From the human T2T-CHM13v2.0 reference genome, Homo sapiens, in assembly GCF_009914755.1 (NCBI RefSeq), contig NC_060925.1: a DNA stretch of 64,000 bases; one strand, written 5' to 3'. Positions 54,657 through 64,000 of the stretch are shown here, in pieces. Each line of letters opens with the position of its first letter. The stretch's first letter is position 1. Both the position numbers and the translations under genes were made by a program. Below the pieces are notes generated by a model, which saw nothing but the letters and a program-made list of their open reading frames with translations, was not told where the DNA came from and ran no database searches.

Positions 54657-54872
54657 TGTATAATTCAAACTGTAACAATTCTGAACTATCTACACCATTA
54701 AAGTAAAAGCAGAGTTTGGGTAGCAGTAAGTATAGTGATCTGATAAATCACTTGATTTTACTATGTACAATTCAAACTGTAACAGTTCTGAACTATCTAC
54801 ACCATTAAACTAAAAGCAGAGTTTGGGTAGCAGTAACTATGAATGAGCTGATGAATCACTTGATTTTACTAT
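54657..54872 (+). repeat. Tandem duplication, ~107-bp unit x2
   Basis: tgta[t/c]aattcaaactgtaaca[a/g]ttctgaactatctacaccattaaa[g/c]taaaagcagagtttgggtagcagtaa...aatcacttgattttactat starts at both 54657 and 54764. Confidence 0.95.
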
Positions 54873-55201
54873 CACAAACCTGGCACTACACGAATATTTT
54901 TTCCAACAAGAACAGAGAGAGTGTTCCTTCTTTATTTATATTCCAGTTAAGTGCCCAAAGGATTTGAGCAAGCTCATTTAACTTTGAACAGGGGTGGGTA
55001 TACAAATCTTCTTAATAATGAAACCAAATAAAATGGGATGATATCTTTTAAATATTTTTTGTTTCCTTTATATAGCTCTCCCACATAACAGGCTCAGACA
55101 TGTATGAAACAGACCAGAGACAATAAAAAAGACTACTTCAGACTTATAAATTGTCACATCAGCATCTGTCATCTTGTGTATAAAATGAAGGAAAAAAGTA
55201 G

Positions 55202-55540
<339 letters not shown>

Positions 55541-55679
55541 AGTTGTGTAAAATATTTTAAGCCTTGTACGTGAATGATAATGAATCAAGGCCAGTATACA
55601 GTACAAACTTGGATATTTGGATTGATTAGGACCAGACTGCATCTGAATTCATTCTACTCTGTGCAATATGTCCTGGTCA

Positions 55680-55960
55680 TATGCACCATGTAAGGCACCT
55701 TGCTAGATGCTAGGGATACAAACATGACCAAGCTAGATATATGACAAGGATAAATGTATCCTCATACACAATGTGCCAGACTGTGATACGAATTAGAACT
55801 GAGGTCATTTTAAAAGTGCTTCTGGAGTGATTAGGGAAGTCTATTGCTTTGGACTCAGGTAGGATAATGCTGTGCAAACTTCTCCAAGGAAATCACCTTT
55901 GAGTTTGTCCTTGAAGGGAAAGCAACTTATTGCCTAGGACAAAAAAAGAAGAGTGTTTAA
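55680..55960 (-). mobile_element. L2 fragment
   Basis: atgcaccatgtaaggcacc...gctagatgctagggatacaaacatgaccaag...ctttgagtttgtccttgaagg. Confidence 0.55.
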
Positions 55961-57481
55961 GGTAGAGTTGGAGCATAAGCAATGGCCAGCTGTGACTCTG
56001 TGGCTCCGTCCTGGGATGAGCCACACTCAGAGGGGCATGATAGAAGCAAGAATTGCCTTTTTGACTTGCAGCTCTTCAAAAACATTAATGAAGATCTAAG
56101 CACATTGTACACAGCAACTCTTGTAAAAAATACCCTGGGGTGTCCAGTTTTCCAGCTTCCTACAACTTGAAGAAACTGATTCTCCGATCTGAGAAGACTG
56201 ATCTCCCACCTCTCCATTTATTTCACCCTGCTCTCCCTCTTCTGCTTTCTCTGTGCCCTCTCACTGCAAGCCTGTGAATATTGACCCTCTTCACCTGTGC
56301 TTTCTTTTCTCGTGGCCCATGATTGAGGTGACTCAGACCTTCCTCTTTATCCCCTTTTCTTCCACACATGCACTTGCTTCTCTCCCTATATCTCGATTCT
56401 GCATTCCCAAAACCCAGAAACAGAATGATTATACAAAATTGGAGACAGGAAGGTAGAGATATTGAGTCTCCTCCTTCAGAAGACTGTGGGCTCACAGATT
56501 AAGCCTTTTGATCCATGAGGAAGCAGGAAAGTGCTAACTGCATCAAGCACCACCAAACAACTTCGGGAGATAGAAGGCTGGGGATAAGATTTAGCTGTTG
56601 GTTTGGGGCCAGACTGTGAAAAGTCTTGAGTCTAAGCTGGTATCACACTTTTGAGAACATGAACAACCTCTCAGACATGTGCTTTTGAAAAGGAATGCCA
56701 TAGCTATATGGAGTTCAGAAAGCAATAATTTCCAATGCCCTGGCAGTCTTTCTGGGCCCTTTCATAGGACATAATCACCCCAAGAAATTGGGCTTCTGCA
56801 CTAATAAAGGAGGCCCTCATTAGCTTTTCATACACGCACTTAAGATAGAGCACCAATAAAGGAGATTGCGCTGAGACAGTAACCCTTCTATCTCCTGGGT
56901 CACTCAGGCTTCTAGCAATGAGAAGAAGTATAAAGTAATTCCTCTCCATACAACCTTCATTTCTATATGCATGAGTAGATGACTTGATTGATTCTTGGTC
57001 CTATCTGTTTCTGGCCATATCATCGTAGTTATATTACTTATTTCTCTGAACCTTAACTGCTTACAACCAAAACACCTAGAATCATTATTGGCAGGCAGAT
57101 ATTTGTCACGAAATATTGGTTTCCTAAGCTCTACCTTCCTTCTAGTACTAAACTGTGGGTATGCATTCCTTGGAGTCACCACTCAAAGGCACTAAAAAGA
57201 GGCAGGATGCATAGATCCCAGTTGTTTGCTCCTACATCATGTTCTGGTCCCCACCAAGTCCTTGTTTTTGGTGTCCCTTAGGAATGAACAGACTTCTTCA
57301 GATAGCACAGAGATAATCATATCAAAGGAAGCATTGCCCTCCTGGGGGGTCAGGGATATAAATTTCTTATGCTCTTTCTGTGAACAAGACAGAGTCATTG
57401 ACTAATGAACAATATTCTGTCAGTAATGCTTGGTGTCTTTGGATGGAAATTATTAAACTTGCAATGTCTCAGCATAATAAT

Positions 57482-57872
57482 TGTTAAGCTAAGTTCACCT
57501 AAGGCTACCTCCCTACATATCTTAAGTTTGGCCAAAAGTTTCTCTGTACATATTTATAACATAACTAGATGTGTAAACAGACTGTAACTTACTCTTGTGC
57601 CAATCACCGAGTTTTGAGTTTTGGCCAATCAAAGGTGGCCAACTGCTCAAACTAGGTCCAAAGAAGACAAACGCCAAGCTGTAACCAATCCAATTGTTTC
57701 CCTCACTTCCATTCTCTGTATGTCACTTTCCTTTGTACACAAGTCTTTTACTATGCAGCAGCACTAGAGTGTTTCTGAATCAGCTGTGATTCTGGGACTG
57801 CCCAATTTGCAAATTTTCTTTGTTCAACTAATCTCTGTTAAATTTAATTTGTCTAAGGTTTTTCTTTTAACA
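57482..57872 (+). mobile_element. MER57-like ERV1 solo LTR
   Basis: tgttaagctaagttcacctaaggctacctccctacatat...ccaatc boxes...ctctgttaaatttaatttgtctaaggtttttcttttaaca. 4-bp TSD taat. Confidence 0.85.
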
Positions 57873-58581
57873 TAATAATAATTTCAATGTACTCCACTTT
57901 CCCAGGGTCTTCCTAACCCACTGTCTGAAATCATCAGACTTCCCTTCAAGTACCTTCTAGCCTATCCCTGTTCCTTGAACACCCCTTCCCCTGGTCCCTC
58001 AGTTCTATTATCTGGGGATCTAGTTCCATGTGAATAAATTACCAGGAAAGAATGGCTTATTGCTACACCTTCACCTCACATAGAAAATTTTGTTTTCAAT
58101 AAAATCTGAAAACACAATTACTGTCTTATTCCAAAGGACTACCCTCCTGGCAAAAATTCAGGTAGGCAATCCAGCATGCAAGGTGATAAGAGCACAAAGA
58201 TTCTGAGACAGGAAACCTTTGCAATCATATTTATTAAACAAATAAATAAATAAAACACTTCCCTTCTTATGCAAAGGGTCAGCCCTGATTTGAGGATTTT
58301 AGAACCTCTAAAATGTTAGAATCAGAGAAGACCTTAAAAATCATGTTCAGTTTTCTCATTTTCCAAGTGAGGAGGCCAAGACCCATAGGTGAAGTAATTG
58401 AGATCTCGGCAAAAAACTCTTAATTCAGAAAGCCCCCTTTTTTGACCTTCAGTAGGACTTTTCACCTTTGGGTTCTAATGCGAACTCTGAATTCTGAGAT
58501 AACAAAAAAAGTTTCACACACAGTGCTGATGTATAGTAAATGTCTTTTGGTGGTGCCTGAAAATATAAAATGATAAAAATT

Positions 58582-58887
<306 letters not shown>

Positions 58888-60428
58888 TTGTTCTACATTA
58901 TTTTTCTCCAGGAAAGCAATTGGCTCAAACATTCAGAGATTGATCACTAAGAATTTGTAAGCAGTGCCCCAACATTGTCCTAAAGGCAAAAATAACTTAG
59001 CTGTTTGTGCCATGCAAATATTAGACTGGTCTATTGTTTAACCATCAGGCATGCTGGTGGCTGAAAAAAATGAGTCATTTATTCCAACATAACAGTTTAG
59101 TGTTAGTCCACATTGGTGTGCGTACATGTAGCTATGACTGAACATACATATGAAAGCAGGGGATGTGCAGCATTTTCTACAATAAATGGTATAAAACAAG
59201 GTTTTGGGAGCTCACCTGCACTACATGCACATGTAAGACACAGTAGGAAACCGCTCCCATCACTTCCTTGTGAAGTCAAGATAGTCGTGGTAGCTAACGC
59301 AGTATATTGAGTTGTCGGGGCTCAGTTTCACATCATAATGGGATTTCCTTTCAAATTACATGGAGGAGAAATCTAGCTCCTGCTTGCTGAGTTATTACCC
59401 CAGTCTCAAAAGGGGTGTCTTGGTCTCTTCTGCTGTTAATTATGTACACTCTGCAGCAGCTTAATCTAATTATGACTCTCTCCAGTGATTACATGATAAG
59501 ACATTCCCAGGCCCATTTTTTTAGTTCTCTTTTTCCTAGGCTTCTCTGCCTCAACTCTCCTTCAGAAGTCGCACTCAAAAAGCTTAGTAACAATTGGAAT
59601 CTAACTACATTTTAACATAACACTTACATTCATGCTTCTGTTCACACTGTAAAAGGTAATCTTTGAATGGTTTAAGCATCTGGATTCTATTATAGCGAAG
59701 TACAGCACTCAAAATGGAAGAGACTTTTTACATTTGTGTGGAATTCAGGCAGTTGCCTGAGCCACCCTTGGGCCTAGTTGTTTCAAAGAGATTTGCAGCA
59801 GGCTTAAGTCAGAAATGATAAAATTGTCAAAAAAAAAAAAAAAAACAAAAAAAAAACACAAAAACCTTTGGAATTCCTTTTGGAAGACAGCTAAAAAAAT
59901 AAAACCAAACCAAACCTCCAAAAGGAAAAAGGAAGAGATTTCTGCCTGCAAATTTTTAATCATACAGTTTATTGGGTCAAATACTGAAACTCCAAATAGT
60001 GGCTGCTGTGCATATCCAAGAAGTTTCCACTTTTTTCTACTCAAATATAACATTGGTTTTACAGTTCTGCAGATTACAAATCACATGGTTTTGTGTGGAT
60101 TTTTTTTTTTTTTTGGTGGGGGCGGTATGGATATTGGATTTTTCTTCCATTTGTCTTATTTAAATAGTCCAAACTTTTGTGGTTTGGTCATTAAAATCCA
60201 ATTGGCAGAGAACGGCTGAATCTTTATGTTCTCCAGCTGTGTTCTTACCAGCTACAAACAAGCATTATTAACCATATGACCATATTTATATCAGCCGTGG
60301 GTGAGCGTTTCTGATGACCCATCCTGGCAGCCCACAGAGACGTCCAGTGCCTGGGACCTATGGTGTCCTTGAACAGAAAGGAGGCAAAAACTTCCAAAGA
60401 GTGATATTTGATCTTACTGTGAAATAGC

Positions 60429-61024
60429 TGAAACCATCCTCCCATGATTAACAAGAATTCTGGACAGAAATATTGTTATAGTTAAGCATTAATCAGGCTG
60501 CACCTTAACCCACTTCTTTGTAACCAAAAATCACTAGATACTGACTATTTACATCCTCATTGTTCCTATAGACAGGATTTCTAACATTAGGATCATGAGA
60601 CTGTTTAAGAATTGATTTGCATCTCATTGTTCCTATAGACATAATCTCTGACATTAGAATCTTAAGGATTTTGTTTAAGGATTACTTAAGATGTTTTTCA
60701 CATCCCAAATTCCGGCAAAACAGCTGACATTAACCAGCTTGAAAATGCCACAGATGAATAGAATCAGCATGAGAATACAGTTTCTTCATTTCCCCGTTCC
60801 ATGACTTCACCCTGAGCTCTCCAACCAGTCAACAATCTCCATGATTCAGCCCACTCCAAAACTCTTTAAAACCCAGCCCCAAATTACTTGGGGGGATGGA
60901 TTTGAGGTTCCCTTCCATCTCCTTATTCAGCAGCATACAATTAAACCTCTTTCTTTGCTGCATCCCAGTATCTCCACGTATTTACTTGCTGTGCGCATCA
61001 GGCAACAGACCTACTACCATTACA
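60429..61024 (+). mobile_element. ERV1-class solo LTR (MER72-like)
   Basis: tgaaaccatcc...ttctggacagaaatat...ttaagcattaatcaggctgcac...attaaacctctttc...ttaca. TG...CA ends and 4-bp TSD tagc (60425-60428 and 61025-61028). Confidence 0.8.
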
Positions 61025-61147
61025 TAGCTGTTCAAGGAAAGTAATGCCAGCCTAATAGCGGTTGTCAACCAATCTAATTTAGAAGGGACAAAGCACAGGG
61101 AATACAGTAGACAGATTAAAAAAGCATTACTTTGGTACGGCAAAAGA

Positions 61148-61478
61148 GGCCGGGCATGGTGGCTCACATCTGTAATCCCAGCACTTTGGGAGGCCAAGGC
61201 AGGCAGATCACCTTAGGTCAGGAGTTTGAGACCAACCTGACCAACATGGAGAAACCCCGTCTCTACTAAAAATACAAAATTAGCTGGGCGTGGTGGCGCA
61301 TGCCTGCAATCCCAGCTACTCAGGAGGCTGAGGCAGGAGAATTGCTTGAACCCGGGAGGCGGAGGTTGCAGTGAGCCAGGATCGCAGCACTGCACTCGAG
61401 CCAGGATCGCAGCACTGCACTCCAGCCTGAGCAACAAGAGCAAAACTCCTTCTAAAAAAAAAAAAAAAAAAAAAAAAA
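61148..61478 (+). mobile_element. AluSp with an internal 25-bp tandem duplication
   Basis: Sp diagnostics (ctgaccaacatggagaaacccc, gcgcatgcc, caacaagagc) and a long A tail. gagccaggatcgcagcactgcactc is present twice. Confidence 0.95.
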
Positions 61479-61559
61479 GGAACAAATAGAAGAAGCTCAA
61501 GTAACAACAGTGGGAAAGAGAAAAGAGGATAGGTTTTGGTTTATGTAGCAAATGTCTCA

Positions 61560-63493
<1,934 letters not shown>

Positions 63494-63528
63494 GTATACT
63501 TGAACAATTTTTAAATGCCCCCACATAC

Positions 63529-63575
63529 CTTTAGTTTATTTTTTTACAAAAGGACTCACCTGTAGAAATAAAAGC
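63529..63575 (-). other. Candidate recursive splice site (3'ss directly followed by 5'ss) with a 31-nt RS-exon
   Basis: Minus strand reads cttttatttctacAG|GTGAGTccttttgtaaaaaaataaactaaag|GTATGT. Confidence 0.35.
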
Positions 63576-63825
63576 TGGAGATTGCCTCTTCTTTAATTAG
63601 TATTTGGCTGATTCTATATAATGGATACTTATCTAAAATATTTATTGTAAATCAAATTATTATAAATTACATTATTTAAGTAATAATTTTTCTTTTTATT
63701 TAAAGAAACTGCAAAGTTAAAATTTTAATGACCCGACTCTTACATCTTGTTCTCTATCACAAATTCGTAATTTTTCATATGAAGTTCCAAACTCAAAGAC
63801 ACCCAGCTTCCTAAAGGTGTAGGCC

Positions 63826-64000
63826 ACAGATAGCCAAACATTTTCTATAAAGGGCCAGAGAGTAAATATTGTGGCTTTGCCATGTGGTCTCTGTCTGAAC
63901 TAATTCAATTCTGCAACTGTAGCAACAAAGCAGAAATAGGCAATACATAAACTAATGGGGATGTCTATGTTCCAATAAAACTTCACTTTCAAAAACAGAT
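63826..64000. mobile_element. MER58-like hAT-Charlie MITE running off the window end
   Basis: caaacattttctataaagggccagagagtaaatatt...ctgtagcaacaaagcag...tgttccaataaaactt. Confidence 0.85.

Noticed and set aside
54730-54860. C/D-box-like words (gtgatctga, atgagctgatga, ctga) in the tandem duplication
   Set aside because: No proper RUGAUGA...CUGA pair with a terminal stem at snoRNA spacing.
59829-59866. Orphan A-rich tract as a possible retrocopy tail
   Set aside because: No convincing TSD, poly-A signal or recognisable upstream mRNA body.
60550-60665. Internal direct repeat (ctcattgttcctatagaca...cattag), and a similar one at about 32225-32310
   Set aside because: They lie inside ERV1 LTRs and are most likely intrinsic to the LTR consensus.

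Overview
This is a 64 kb AT-rich, CpG-depleted stretch of primate (human-like) genomic DNA with no CpG island and no recognisable protein-coding exon. It looks like deep-intronic or intergenic sequence, and I cannot name the locus. The ORFs with recognisable translations come from Alu or L1 ORF2, and the rest look like chance short frames. Roughly half the window is interspersed repeat: 10 Alus, several L1s, THE1/MLT1/ERV1/ERVL LTRs, hAT and piggyBac DNA transposon relics, and MIR/L2. Family names come from remembered consensus sequences, not a search. The best unexplained signals are five. (1) A perfect 34-bp hairpin at 21966-22041 inside an old L2, with pri-miRNA-like geometry. (2) A minus-strand juxtaposed AG|GTGAGT site at about 63559, followed by a 31-nt poison micro-exon, which is recursive-splicing architecture. 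(3) A compact minus-strand core-promoter candidate at about 34050-34210, with several minus-strand exon candidates elsewhere, suggesting an unrecognised non-coding or host transcript. (4) A rearranged compound MER75 piggyBac element. (5) Several unusual retro-insertions and local duplications. None of these is shown to be functional from sequence alone.
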